From Acidimicrobiaceae bacterium (GTDB lineage: Bacteria; Actinomycetota; Acidimicrobiia; Acidimicrobiales; RAAP-2), in contig JANXXO010000034.1 of NCBI GenBank assembly GCA_025350565.1, forward strand, positions 30,577 to 94,576: a stretch of 64,000 nt of DNA, read 5' to 3'. Below the pieces are notes generated by a model. That model ran no database searches. It saw only the letters and a list, made by a program, of their open reading frames with translations, and was not told the origin of the DNA. The stretch's first letter is position 1. Each line of letters starts with the position of its first letter. This document shows, piece by piece, positions 38,364 to 48,526 of this stretch. The translations under genes and the position numbers were made by a program.

Positions 38364-39112
38364 CCGTCCTGCCTTGAGGAGGGTCGAACGTGCACCACGT
38401 CGCCCACGGCGAAGGACATTTCCACCCCGTCCACCTCCACCACCAATCGTCCCGTCGCGTCCACTGAGGTCGCGACCCCGGTGACCGCGTCGTCGGGTCG
38501 CTCCACGCGCACGAGTTGGCCAAGGGTGATCAGCGCGCGTTCATACTCGGCGCGAAGTACCTCGCGACCGCGCTCGCTATCGAGTTGTTCACGTCGCGGA
38601 GCCAGTTCGTCGAGAAGAATATCGAGCAGGGCCGGTGCGGCAATGGTCACGCCGGCCAGTTGGCGCACGCTGGCCGACAACGCGCCGCTCGGCCCTTCGT
38701 GCGTGAGATTGACGCCAATGCCCACGACCACCGCGAGTCGTTCGTCCACCGCGACGATCTCGGCGAGGAGACCGGCAATCTTGGCGTTGCCCACTATGAG
38801 GTCGTTAGGCCATTTCAAGTCGGGGCGCACGCCACTCAGGCGGACGAGCGCCGCGCGCGCGGCCAGGGCCACGGCCGCCACGACCAACTGCAGTTGGTCG
38901 ACATCGATATCGGGACGCAGAAGAATTGAACACAGCAGCGACGCGTCGGCCGGTGACTCCCACGTCCGTTCGAGGCGACCGCGACCGTCGGTCTGAAAGT
39001 CGGTCGCGCAGACGAGCCCCTCGGGCGCTCCGTCCAGGGCTTTGCGCGCCAACCAGGTGTTGGTGGAATCGATCTCTTCAAAGTGCTCGGTTCGCCAGAC
39101 GATTGAAGCCAT
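38360..39112 (-). CDS. birA: Biotin-[acetyl-CoA carboxylase] ligase
   Basis: DSTN, QTDGRGRLERTW, KWPNDL and GIGVN motifs. Confidence 0.93.
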   Translation of the reverse strand: MASIVWRTEHFEEIDSTNTWLARKALDGAPEGLVCATDFQTDGRGRLERTWESPADASLLCSILLRPDIDVDQLQLVVAAVALAARAALVRLSGVRPDLKWPNDLIVGNAKIAGLLAEIVAVDERLAVVVGIGVNLTHEGPSGALSASVRQLAGVTIAAPALLDILLDELAPRREQLDSERGREVLRAEYERALITLGQLVRVERPDDAVTGVATSVDATGRLVVEVDGVEMSFAVGDVVHVRPSSRQDG

Positions 39113-39175
39113 ACACAAACATTAGGGTTTCACTGACGAGTGATAGAAAATGACCGTCAGTCAACGGAGGTGGGC

Positions 39176-40930
39176 GTGTTACAAAAGGTCCTGATCGCCA
39201 ATCGGGGCGAGATTGCGGTTCGCATCATGCGGACGTGTCGCGAAATGGGCATCGCCACTGTCGCCGTGTACTCCGAACTCGACCGTAACGCTTTGCACGT
39301 ACGACTCGCCGACGAGGCCTTCGCCCTCGGAGGTCAAACCGCCAGTGAAAGTTATCTCAACACCGAGGCGATTCTCGACGTCATCACCCGAAGCGGGGCC
39401 GACGCGGTGCACCCCGGCTACGGGTTCTTTTCGGAGAATACGGACTTCGCTCGAGCCATCACGCAACGCGGGGTCACCTTCATTGGTCCCCCACCGGAAG
39501 CGATCGAGATTATGGGCGACAAGATCTCGTCGCGACTGGCCGCGGCCAAGGTCGGGGTCGAAGGGGTGCCCGGTCGCAGTGAGACCTTGAAGAACGCGGC
39601 GGAAGTCGTGGCCTTCGGCAACGACGTGGGATGGCCCGTCGCCATCAAAGCCGCCTACGGCGGAGGCGGACGCGGCATGAAAGTCGTTCACTCCCCCGAC
39701 GACGCGCCCGCCGCGCTCGAGAGTGCGCAACGCGAAGCGCAGAGTTATTTTGGACGCGCCGAGTGCTACGTCGAGCGCTACCTCGCCCAGCCGCGACACA
39801 TCGAGATGCAGGTGCTGGCCGACTCGCACGGCTCAGTCCTGTGGCTCGGCGAACGGGACTGCTCCTCCCAACGACGTCACCAGAAACTGATTGAAGAGTC
39901 GCCGGCTCCAAACTTTCCTGACCACATCCGCCGCGCCATGGGTGAGGCGGCGGTCAAGGTCTCACGGGCCTGTGGCTACGTGAACGCCGGCACGGTCGAG
40001 TTCTTATTCCAAGACGGTGAGTTCTTTTTCTTGGAGATGAATACGCGCCTCCAGGTCGAGCACCCGGTCACCGAACTCGTCACCGGACTCGATCTGGTCG
40101 AGTGGCAGCTCCGCATCGCCGCCGGCGAAGCACTCGATTTCACCCAAGACGACATTCGCTCCAACGGCCACGCCATAGAAGTGCGTATCAACGCCGAAGA
40201 CCCGTCGGGCGGCAAGTTCTCCCCTTCGCCGGGCACTTTGACCCGTTTCGACCAACCGTCGGGACCCGGCGTGCGTCTCGACGCTGGCTACGCCGCGGGC
40301 GACACGGTCTCGCAGTACTACGACAACCTCATCGCGAAGTTGGTGGTGTGGGGCGCCGACCGAGAGAAGGCGCGCCGGCGAATGCTGCGAGCGATTGAAG
40401 AGACGGTCATCGAAGGCGTCGCCACCACGCTGGCGGCCGACGTGGTCATACTGTCCGACGAGGCATTCGTGCACAGCACGCACTCGACGAACTGGGTGGA
40501 AGGTGAACTCGATTTCTCGCACTTGCCCTCGCCGGCCGCCCCCGCGGTCGCGGTGGGCGACGGCGTCACTCGAAAAGAAGTCATCGCCGAAGTCAACGGT
40601 CGACGCGTCACGGTCGCGCTGTGGGTGCCCGAGACAAGCGACGAAGGGCCGCCCCGTTCGTTCAGCACGGCCGCGAAGCCGCGTCGTGAGCACCACGCCG
40701 GCGTGGTGGGCAGTGGCTCCGCCAACGTAACCGTCCCTATGCAAGGAACGATCGTGAAGGTCAACGTCGAGGTCGGTCAAACCGTGGAGGCCGGGGACAC
40801 GGTGGTGATCCTCGAAGCGATGAAGATGGAGAACTCGGTCAACGCCGAGAAGTCCGGCGTCGTCATGGCCATTAACGTGGCGGCCGGCGATTCGGTGAGT
40901 GCCGGCGACACCGTCGTGGTGGTCGAATGA
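39176..40930 (+). CDS. Acyl-CoA carboxylase alpha chain (biotin carboxylase plus BCCP)
   Basis: KVLIANRGEIA, GGGGRGM, EMNTRLQVEHP and EAMKM biotin motif. GGAGG RBS before GTG 39176. Confidence 0.95.
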   Translation: MLQKVLIANRGEIAVRIMRTCREMGIATVAVYSELDRNALHVRLADEAFALGGQTASESYLNTEAILDVITRSGADAVHPGYGFFSENTDFARAITQRGVTFIGPPPEAIEIMGDKISSRLAAAKVGVEGVPGRSETLKNAAEVVAFGNDVGWPVAIKAAYGGGGRGMKVVHSPDDAPAALESAQREAQSYFGRAECYVERYLAQPRHIEMQVLADSHGSVLWLGERDCSSQRRHQKLIEESPAPNFPDHIRRAMGEAAVKVSRACGYVNAGTVEFLFQDGEFFFLEMNTRLQVEHPVTELVTGLDLVEWQLRIAAGEALDFTQDDIRSNGHAIEVRINAEDPSGGKFSPSPGTLTRFDQPSGPGVRLDAGYAAGDTVSQYYDNLIAKLVVWGADREKARRRMLRAIEETVIEGVATTLAADVVILSDEAFVHSTHSTNWVEGELDFSHLPSPAAPAVAVGDGVTRKEVIAEVNGRRVTVALWVPETSDEGPPRSFSTAAKPRREHHAGVVGSGSANVTVPMQGTIVKVNVEVGQTVEAGDTVVILEAMKMENSVNAEKSGVVMAINVAAGDSVSAGDTVVVVE

Positions 40931-42084
40931 GAACGACCTTGACGGCCACCGAAGCCATTCGGGCCCGCGGCGATGACCTCGTGGCCCTCAGCCACTTCAT
41001 CCACGCTCACCCCGAACTCGGCTACGAGGAGTACGAGAGTTCGCGCGCCGTGGCCAACCTCGCCGAGAGTGCCGGCTTCGACGTCGAACGCGGCATCGCC
41101 TCGCTCCCCACGGCCTTTCGGGCCACGCAAGGTACGGGTGATCTGCGCGTGGTCTACTGCGCCGAATTCGACGCTCTCCCCGACGTCGGCCACGCCTGCG
41201 GCCACAACATCATCGCCGCCTCCTCCCTGGGAGCGGCGATTGGGCTGGGTGCGGTCGCCGACGAGTTGAACCTCACCGTGATCCTCCTCGGTACACCGTC
41301 GGAAGAGGGAGGCGGCGGAAAAATTGATCTGATCCGCTCCGGTTATTTCGACGGCGTGCACGCCGCCATGATGGTGCACCCCTTTCCGGCCGAGCGACTC
41401 GCCGCCACCTGTCTCGCCGTCGACCACTTCGACGTGACGTTCCGAGGTAAAGAGGCCCACGCCGCGGCCGCGCCGTGGCAAGGAGTCAATGCGCTCGACG
41501 CACTCACCATCGCGCAGGTCGCGATTGGCCTGTTGCGCCAACAACTCCGACCGGGCGACTTCGTGCACGGCTACGTCGTCGAGGGCGGGTCGGCCGCCAA
41601 CATCATTCCGAGCAAGGCGGTCGGACGCTTCATGGCTCGGTCGCTCACCAGCGCGAAGTTGGCCGAGTTGCGTGCGCGGATCGACGCCTGCTTCGAGGCC
41701 GGAGCGCGCGCGACCGGTGCCACACTCTCCATCGCCGAGATCGGCAGCGCCTTTTCGCACATGGAGTCCGATCAGGAGATCCTCGGCCACTACCGTGCGG
41801 CCGCCGAGGGACTAGGTCGTCGATTCACTCTCGACGACGAAGGGGCCGCGAAACCGAATATCTCGACGGACATGGCCAACGTCTCGCTGGTGGTGGCGTC
41901 AATCCACCCCATGATCATGATCCCCACCAACGGTGCGGTCAATCACCAGCCCGAGTTTACCGAGGCCTGCATTACGAAGGACGCCGATCGAGCCGTCATG
42001 GACGGGGCCATGGCGCTCGCGCACACCGCCATCGGAGTCGCCAATGACGAACATCTGCGCGCGCGATTGATGGCGCGCTCGTGA
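40927..42084 (+). CDS. M20 family amidohydrolase/dipeptidase
   Basis: HPELGYEE, EFDALP..GHACGHN, PSEEGGGGK and STDMANVS motifs. Confidence 0.88.
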   Translation: MRTTLTATEAIRARGDDLVALSHFIHAHPELGYEEYESSRAVANLAESAGFDVERGIASLPTAFRATQGTGDLRVVYCAEFDALPDVGHACGHNIIAASSLGAAIGLGAVADELNLTVILLGTPSEEGGGGKIDLIRSGYFDGVHAAMMVHPFPAERLAATCLAVDHFDVTFRGKEAHAAAAPWQGVNALDALTIAQVAIGLLRQQLRPGDFVHGYVVEGGSAANIIPSKAVGRFMARSLTSAKLAELRARIDACFEAGARATGATLSIAEIGSAFSHMESDQEILGHYRAAAEGLGRRFTLDDEGAAKPNISTDMANVSLVVASIHPMIMIPTNGAVNHQPEFTEACITKDADRAVMDGAMALAHTAIGVANDEHLRARLMARS

Positions 42085-42374
42085 TACTCGAACACGCCGT
42101 CCTCCCGGTCACGCCCGGGCGCGAAGAGGAGTTCGAAGTCGCCATGTCGGGCGCCCTTGCAATCATCGAAACCGCGCCCGACTGCTTCGGCGCCGAAGTG
42201 CGTCGCCAGCACGAGAATGGTTCGAACTATCTCCTGCTGATTCGATGGGGCAGCGTTGAGTCCCACATGGCCTTTCGCGCGACCGAGTTATTCCAACGGT
42301 GGCGAACCTTGACGCACCCGTTCTACAGCGACCCACCCACCGTGACGCACTACTACGAACCGCTGCCCCGTTAG
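42081..42374 (+). CDS. Antibiotic biosynthesis monooxygenase (ABM) family protein
   Basis: 97-aa ferredoxin-like pattern ([20 protein letters not shown]). Confidence 0.8.
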   Translation: MILEHAVLPVTPGREEEFEVAMSGALAIIETAPDCFGAEVRRQHENGSNYLLLIRWGSVESHMAFRATELFQRWRTLTHPFYSDPPTVTHYYEPLPR

Positions 42375-43951
42375 CTCGGCTGGTAGACCCCAAACTCTTG
42401 ACGCAGGACGTCGGCGACTTCGCCGAGGGTCGCCAGGGCAGCCAAGGCCGACTTCATGGGATAGAGCACGTTGGCACTGCCGCGCGCCGCGATCTCCACG
42501 TCGGACAGCGCCGCTCGAACGGCGTCGTGATTGCGCGTCAGTTTCAATGACGAGACTCGAGCAATTTGGGCTCGCTGTTGTTCTTCGTCAACCGGAAAGA
42601 CGTCGGCCTTCACGGTTTCGTTCTCTGCGAAGCGATTGAGACCGACAACGACCTTGGCGCCACTGTCGACGCTGCGCGCGAACTCGTAGGCCGCCGACTC
42701 GATCTCGTCTTGCATGTAGTGCGACTCAATGGCGGCCACGGCACCACCGCGCTCATCGATCTCGGCAATGTACGCACGGGCTCGCTGTTCGATTTCGTTG
42801 GTGAGGGACTCGACGAAGTAGGAGCCGGCTAATGGATCGACCGTGTCGGCAATGCCCGATTCATAGCCAAGTACCTGTTGGGTGCGCAAGGCCAGCTTGG
42901 CCGCTCGTTCGGTCGGCAGACCCAGCGCCTCATCGAAACCATTGGTGTGCAAACTCTGCGTGCCGCCCAGGGCGGCGGCGAGCGCTTGCACCGTGGTGCG
43001 CACGATATTGTTCTCGGGCTGTTGGGCCGTGAGCGTGGAGCCGCCAGTCTGGGTGTGAAAGCGCAGCATGGTGGACTTGGGATTGCGCGCGCCGAACCGG
43101 TCGCGCATGATTGTGGCCCAGAGCCGACGGGCTGCGCGGTACTTGGCCACCTCTTCGAAGAGGTTGTTGTGCGCGTTGAAAAAGAAACTCAACCGCGGCG
43201 CGAAGTCGTCGAGGAGGAGACCGGCGGCCAAGGCGGCCTCGACGTAGGCAATGCCGTTGGCGAGGGTGAAGGCAATCTCTTGCACCGCTGTTGATCCGGC
43301 TTCGCGAATGTGATAACCCGAGATCGAGATGGTGTTCCAGTTCACCATCTCCTTGGCGCAGTATGCGAACGTGTCGACGACCAGTCGCATGGACTGGCGC
43401 GGTGGATAGATGTAGGTGCCCCGCGCGACGTACTCCTTCAAAATGTCGTTTTGAATGGTGCCGCGGAGTTGCTCACCGCGCACGCCTTGCTCCTCGCCCA
43501 CCAGTTGGTAGAGCAAGAGCAACGTCGAGGCGGTCGAGTTGATCGTCATCGAGGTTGTCACCTCGCCGAGCGGCAGGTCGGCCAAGAGATGGCGCATATC
43601 TTCTAAGGACGAGATCGCGACGCCGACCTTGCCCACCTCGCCTTCGGCCCGCGGGTGATCGGCGTCGTACCCCATTTGGGTGGGGAGGTCAAAGGCACAC
43701 GAAAGGCCCGTTTGGCCCGCGTCGAGCAGGAACTTAAAGCGTTGGTTGGTCGCCTCCGCCGTGCCAAAGCCGGCGTACTGGCGCATGGTCCAGAGACGAC
43801 CCCGATACATCGACGGCTGGACCCCACGGGTGTAGGGAAAGGAACCGGGTTCGCCCAGGTCACTGGCCTCGTCAAAGGGTTCAATGTCGGCGCCGTGGTA
43901 CACGGGCCGCACCGTTATGCCCGAATCGGTACTACGTTCATCTGGCGTCAC
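42371..43951 (-). CDS. Methylmalonyl-CoA mutase, substrate-binding (N-terminal) subunit
   Basis: [33 protein letters not shown] and SGYHIREAG motifs; no B12-binding domain. Confidence 0.92.
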   Translation of the reverse strand: MTPDERSTDSGITVRPVYHGADIEPFDEASDLGEPGSFPYTRGVQPSMYRGRLWTMRQYAGFGTAEATNQRFKFLLDAGQTGLSCAFDLPTQMGYDADHPRAEGEVGKVGVAISSLEDMRHLLADLPLGEVTTSMTINSTASTLLLLYQLVGEEQGVRGEQLRGTIQNDILKEYVARGTYIYPPRQSMRLVVDTFAYCAKEMVNWNTISISGYHIREAGSTAVQEIAFTLANGIAYVEAALAAGLLLDDFAPRLSFFFNAHNNLFEEVAKYRAARRLWATIMRDRFGARNPKSTMLRFHTQTGGSTLTAQQPENNIVRTTVQALAAALGGTQSLHTNGFDEALGLPTERAAKLALRTQQVLGYESGIADTVDPLAGSYFVESLTNEIEQRARAYIAEIDERGGAVAAIESHYMQDEIESAAYEFARSVDSGAKVVVGLNRFAENETVKADVFPVDEEQQRAQIARVSSLKLTRNHDAVRAALSDVEIAARGSANVLYPMKSALAALATLGEVADVLRQEFGVYQPS

Positions 43952-44053
43952 GGGCCCACGTTACGCGCTGGCGGGCGTCGCTCTGGAGGCGAAATTCATA
44001 GTCCCGAAACCTGTGGTCGGACGCCGCTGGCGCCAATAGACCAAGATGGTCGG

Positions 44054-44590
44054 ATTCAATGTACGACCTGTGGCGATCAGACCAACGAAACGACCTGCGT
44101 GAGTTGCGGCGCGCCCGTGAAGGTGCTGGGCGTCGTTGATGCAATCACCGGTCTTCGACTGGGTGGGTTCTGGCATCGCGTGGGGGCCACGTTCTCTGAC
44201 AACGTCATCATGTTTTTGCCGACGTATCTCGTCTTCGCAGTCTTCGGCGCCGGACTCGGAGTGTTCTGGGGATTCATCTTCGGCGTGGCCACCCAAGGCA
44301 TCTACCAAGTTCGACTGATCGCTGGACCGCGAGGCCAGACCGTCGGCAACCGGATCGCCCAAACTATGGTGCGCGACCAACGCTCGGGCACGGTCGTCAC
44401 GCGACGTCAGGCGTTGAAGCGTTGGGGCGTGGTCGCCGTCTATACCTCGGTCCCGGTCGTGATCGGCGGCAACCTCGCGCTGTACGTCATCATGGGACTC
44501 TTGGGCATCGACAACCTCTGGTCGCTGTTCGACCCTCGACACCAGACGCTGCACGACCGGTTCGCCGAGACCATCGTGGTGATCGCCTAA
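44054..44590 (+). CDS. RDD family membrane protein with N-terminal zinc ribbon; start codon unresolved
   Basis: CxxC..CxxC, then GFWHRVGA..DN, GQTVG and QTLHDRFAETIV motifs. Confidence 0.7.
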   Translation: MQCTTCGDQTNETTCVSCGAPVKVLGVVDAITGLRLGGFWHRVGATFSDNVIMFLPTYLVFAVFGAGLGVFWGFIFGVATQGIYQVRLIAGPRGQTVGNRIAQTMVRDQRSGTVVTRRQALKRWGVVAVYTSVPVVIGGNLALYVIMGLLGIDNLWSLFDPRHQTLHDRFAETIVVIA

Positions 44591-45750
44591 ACCCCCACAG
44601 GGTGCGGCATACAGAGATCGTCGTATTCGGCGATAACGAGGGGACCGGCCCCATCGCCGCAGGCGGGGCACTCGGGGTCGCGACGAACCTTAAAGGTTCG
44701 AAAGGACTGGTCCATGGCGTCGTACGTGAGCAGGCGACCCACCAGTGGATCGCCAAGTTCGAGCAGCAACTTGATCGCCTCGACGGCTTGGATGGATCCC
44801 ACGATGCCGGGTAGTACGCCCAGGACGCCGGCTTCGGCGCAACTTGGTGCGAGTTCAGCGGGTGGTGGCTCGGGAATCATGCATCGGTAGCACGGTCCCA
44901 CGTAGGGACTGAAGACGGTGATCTGACCTTCGAAACGGAAGATCGACCCGTGGACGACCGGAATGTTCTTGAGAAGCGCCGCGTCGTTCACCAGGTAGCG
45001 CGTCGGGAAGTTGTCGGTGCCGTCGACGATGACGTCGTAGCCATCAATGATGTCGAGAATGTTGTCGGCGCCCAGACGAGTGTCGTAGGTGACGACCTTC
45101 ACGTCGGGGTTCATCGCCGTAAGAGTCAACTTGGCGCTCTCTACCTTGCGCATGCCAATGCGCTCCATATTGTGCAAGATCTGACGTTGGAGATTGGAGG
45201 AGTCGACGACGTCCATGTCAATGATGCCAATCGTGCCCACACCGGCCGCGGCCAGGTACAAAGCGGCCGGCGACCCGAGCCCGCCCGCGCCGAGCAGGAG
45301 GACCTTCGAGTCGAGTAGGCGCATCTGGCCCTTTTCGCCGACTTCGGGAAGCAGGAGGTGTCGCTGATAGCGAATGCGTTGGTCCGGGGTCATCGTTCGT
45401 GGCGTCGACCAGGGAAGTCCGTCGTCTTTCCACTTGTTGAAGCCGCCGATAATCGACACCACGTCGCTGTATCCGAGGTCCTGGAGGGTCTTTGTGGCGA
45501 ACGCCGAACGGACCCCGCCGGCGCAGTACACGGCAATCGGCGCATTCTTGTCGGGCAAACGACCCTCGACGGAAAATTCGAGGTTCCCGCGCGCGACGTG
45601 GACGGCGCCGGGGACGGCGCCCTGTTCGTACTCTTCTGGTTCGCGCACGTCGAGCAAGGTGAAGTGGTCGAGTTGTTCCGCGACGTCGCGCGCGTCAATC
45701 TCTCGTATCTCGGCTTTCGCGGCGTTCAGTAGATCTCGAGGCGTGGACAA
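44587..45750 (-). CDS. moeB: MoeB-type adenylyltransferase with N-terminal rhodanese domain
   Basis: Rhodanese YCAGGVRS, RYQRHLLL, GAGGLGSP, SNLQRQ, and two CxxC motifs. Confidence 0.92.
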   Translation of the reverse strand: MSTPRDLLNAAKAEIREIDARDVAEQLDHFTLLDVREPEEYEQGAVPGAVHVARGNLEFSVEGRLPDKNAPIAVYCAGGVRSAFATKTLQDLGYSDVVSIIGGFNKWKDDGLPWSTPRTMTPDQRIRYQRHLLLPEVGEKGQMRLLDSKVLLLGAGGLGSPAALYLAAAGVGTIGIIDMDVVDSSNLQRQILHNMERIGMRKVESAKLTLTAMNPDVKVVTYDTRLGADNILDIIDGYDVIVDGTDNFPTRYLVNDAALLKNIPVVHGSIFRFEGQITVFSPYVGPCYRCMIPEPPPAELAPSCAEAGVLGVLPGIVGSIQAVEAIKLLLELGDPLVGRLLTYDAMDQSFRTFKVRRDPECPACGDGAGPLVIAEYDDLCMPHPVGV

Positions 45751-45826
45751 CGGTTGCTCCTTCTGTGTCCTTTAAAGGTTACTTGCTTGGTCAACATTCT
45801 CATTCTGCGCCTGCTAGACCGCATGC

Positions 45827-46423
45827 GTGGAACTGCGCGAACTTTTGAGCCGACGTCGAATGGTGCGCTCCTTTGACGCCACGCCGGTGAATCACGAGTG
45901 GCTCGACCAACTCTGCGCCGACGCACTTTGGGCCCCGACGGCCGGTAACGCCGCCGGGGTGCGCATGCACACCGTTGGCGCCGACCTCGTGGATGGGTAC
46001 TTCGAGGTGGCGACGGACGAAGCGTGGAGAACGTCGGCGCGTCGAGCGCCGGGGCTACAACGTTGCGGCGGCATTGTGCTCGTGACGTCGCGTCCGAGCG
46101 CGTACCTCGCGCGTTACGGCGAGACGGATAAGACCACTTCCGGATTGAGCGACGAGTCGGCGTGGCCCGTCCCCTACTGGCACACCGACGCCGCGATGGC
46201 CACCATGGTCCTGTTGCTCCTCATTGAGGAGAGCGGTTGGCAGGCAGCCCTGTGGGGAAACTTTCGTCGCGAAGCCGAAATCATGCGGTGGATGGGCGTG
46301 GTCGACGAACAACTCTTCGCGACGGTGCTGGTCGGAAGGGCCGACGGCAACGACGTTGCTTCGTCGTCCCTGCGACGCGAGGTACCGGCGCGCGACGAAC
46401 GAGTACGGCGCGTCGCGGGTTAG
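45827..46423 (+). CDS. Nitroreductase family protein
   Basis: RRMVRSF and APTAGN motifs. Confidence 0.78.
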   Translation: MELRELLSRRRMVRSFDATPVNHEWLDQLCADALWAPTAGNAAGVRMHTVGADLVDGYFEVATDEAWRTSARRAPGLQRCGGIVLVTSRPSAYLARYGETDKTTSGLSDESAWPVPYWHTDAAMATMVLLLLIEESGWQAALWGNFRREAEIMRWMGVVDEQLFATVLVGRADGNDVASSSLRREVPARDERVRRVAG

Positions 46424-47928
46424 TGCTTCTCGCCCACGTCGGCGACGGCCTCGAGAAATTCGATGATCGTTCGAGCGCCAAAGGCCGTGGCGCCCTTCGT
46501 CGTGTAACCGCGCGGGCTCTCAGTTCGGGCCGGTCCGGCAATGTCGAGATGGGCCCACGGCTGACCGTCGGTGAAACGTTGCAAAATGAGGGCCGCCGCG
46601 ATCATGCCGCCGGACCCGGTGATGCCAATGTTCTTCATGTCAGCGACGTCGGAGTCAACGTGATGCTCGTAGCCAGCGAAAATGGGCATTCGCCAGAACG
46701 GTTCGCCGCTGCGCTGGCTGGCGCCGTCGAAGTAGTACGCCAGTTCGTCGGTGGACGCGAAGATTGCCCCAATGTCGTCACCCAGGGCCACGCGTTGTGC
46801 CCCGGTGAGGGTGGCGATATCGACAATCGCATCGGGGTTGGCCTCGACGGCGAGACAGAGTCCGTCGGCGAGGATCAGGCGGCCCTCCGCGTCGGTGTTG
46901 AGCACCTCGATGGTCATGCCGTTGCGAATGGTCAACACGTCTCCGGGCTTGGTCGCCCGGTCACTGGGCAGATTCTCGGTCATGGGCGCAATAGCAGTCA
47001 CCTTCACCGCCAACTGGAGTCGACTGGCGATGGAGATCGCGGCCATGACGATCGCGGCACCGGTCATGTCGGTCTTCATCGTCATCATCCCGGCGCCGGT
47101 CTTCAGCGAAAGTCCTCCCGAGTCGAACGTCACGCCCTTGCCCACGAGGGCAATGTGGGGCAACGTCTGGTCGGGATGAGGGTCGTAGGTGGCGTAGACG
47201 AGCCGGGTGGGCTGCGCCGAACCTTCGCCGACGCCGAGCAGGCCGCCGAGGCGCTCTTCTCTAATACGTGGCTCGGTCCACACCTCGACCGTGACGTGCG
47301 CGTCCTCTTCCAGTCGTGCCTGAACCTGCTTGGCCAGTTCCTTGGGCGACATGTAACCAGCCGGTGCGTCAACGAGGAACTTGGCCCAGTTAACGCCGCT
47401 GGCCACAAACTCTCCTCGAGCCACGCCTTCGGTGACGTCATCGTGCGTTTCGACCGACGGCAACGGTGATCCGAGCGGCACCACGTCGAAGGTCGTGATG
47501 GCGTCGTTGCCCTTATAGCTATAGGTAACGAGCAGCGCGCCCGTCACGAGCGCCTGCGCGGCGGCGAGTGGGTCGTCGATGCCGTCGGTAGGTAAGAAGA
47601 ACGCCACCGATCCGTCACCGCCGGCGCGCACGGCCGCCGCTCCGGCGAGCCGGTAGGCCTCGAGTGAGTTGTACGTGAAACCGAGACTCACGAACACCAC
47701 GTTCGTGTCCTTGAGCGACCGCAGTACCGCGGCGCTGCCGGCGTCGGGTTTTAGCCCTTGCTTGATGCACCACTCCTTCGAAAGAGTGCGGGGAATGCTT
47801 TGCCCCCCGAGCGTGAGGGGGACCGACTCGGCAATGAACGCCTCGCCATCGTCGAAGGTCACGGGCACGACCACCGTTGGTTGCGCCGCCGCTTCAATGG
47901 ACGTGGCGATGCGAGCAGTACGGGCCAT
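46420..47928 (-). CDS. pepA: Leucyl aminopeptidase (M17)
   Basis: GKGVTFDSGG, MKTDM, NTDAEGRL and HLDIAG motifs. Confidence 0.95.
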   Translation of the reverse strand: MARTARIATSIEAAAQPTVVVPVTFDDGEAFIAESVPLTLGGQSIPRTLSKEWCIKQGLKPDAGSAAVLRSLKDTNVVFVSLGFTYNSLEAYRLAGAAAVRAGGDGSVAFFLPTDGIDDPLAAAQALVTGALLVTYSYKGNDAITTFDVVPLGSPLPSVETHDDVTEGVARGEFVASGVNWAKFLVDAPAGYMSPKELAKQVQARLEEDAHVTVEVWTEPRIREERLGGLLGVGEGSAQPTRLVYATYDPHPDQTLPHIALVGKGVTFDSGGLSLKTGAGMMTMKTDMTGAAIVMAAISIASRLQLAVKVTAIAPMTENLPSDRATKPGDVLTIRNGMTIEVLNTDAEGRLILADGLCLAVEANPDAIVDIATLTGAQRVALGDDIGAIFASTDELAYYFDGASQRSGEPFWRMPIFAGYEHHVDSDVADMKNIGITGSGGMIAAALILQRFTDGQPWAHLDIAGPARTESPRGYTTKGATAFGARTIIEFLEAVADVGEKH

Positions 47929-47939
47929 GCAGTTCCTCT

Positions 47940-48479
47940 CTAACTCTTTTGACGTGCGGTTCGGTGGTGCTCGCCCTCAGCGAAGCGGGCCATGGTCCAC
48001 GCGAGGTCGCTCAACCGATTGAGGTAGCCAACGACGAATGAACCTTCCAGAGGGTAGCCAACGGCAATGCGCTCCGCCCGCCGAATGGTGGTACGCGCCA
48101 CGTCGAGAGCGGCCGAGAGTTGATTCTCACCGGGCACGACGAACTCCTTGGGCATGGCCACGTCATCGGAGAGCGCGTCGATCTCGCGCTCGAGTCGCTC
48201 AATCATTTCACCCGTTACCAGGGACTTCTCCGGCGTCAGTTTGTGCCGGTTGTCGGGCAACGTGGCGACTTCAGCCATTAACACCCAGAGATCGCGCTCG
48301 AGGGTGATGAGCAACTCATTGAGGCGCGCACTCTCGCTGAGGGACCGAGCCCATCCGAGTGCGGCCTGCGCTTCGTCGACGGCGCCGTTCACTTCAATCG
48401 GGTCCGAACTCTTCGCGACACGACCACCGAAGTAGAGACCGGTGGTGCCGTCGTCGCCGTCGCGAGTGTAGATCTTCAC
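47940..48479 (-). CDS. PduO-type corrinoid adenosyltransferase
   Basis: KIYTRDGDDGTT, G.VDE, RRAER and YLNRLSD motifs. Confidence 0.9.
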   Translation of the reverse strand: MKIYTRDGDDGTTGLYFGGRVAKSSDPIEVNGAVDEAQAALGWARSLSESARLNELLITLERDLWVLMAEVATLPDNRHKLTPEKSLVTGEMIERLEREIDALSDDVAMPKEFVVPGENQLSAALDVARTTIRRAERIAVGYPLEGSFVVGYLNRLSDLAWTMARFAEGEHHRTARQKS

Positions 48480-48526
48480 ATTACGAGCGTAGTGATTTAC
48501 GGTCGTACGGGTAGCCTAAACAGTCA

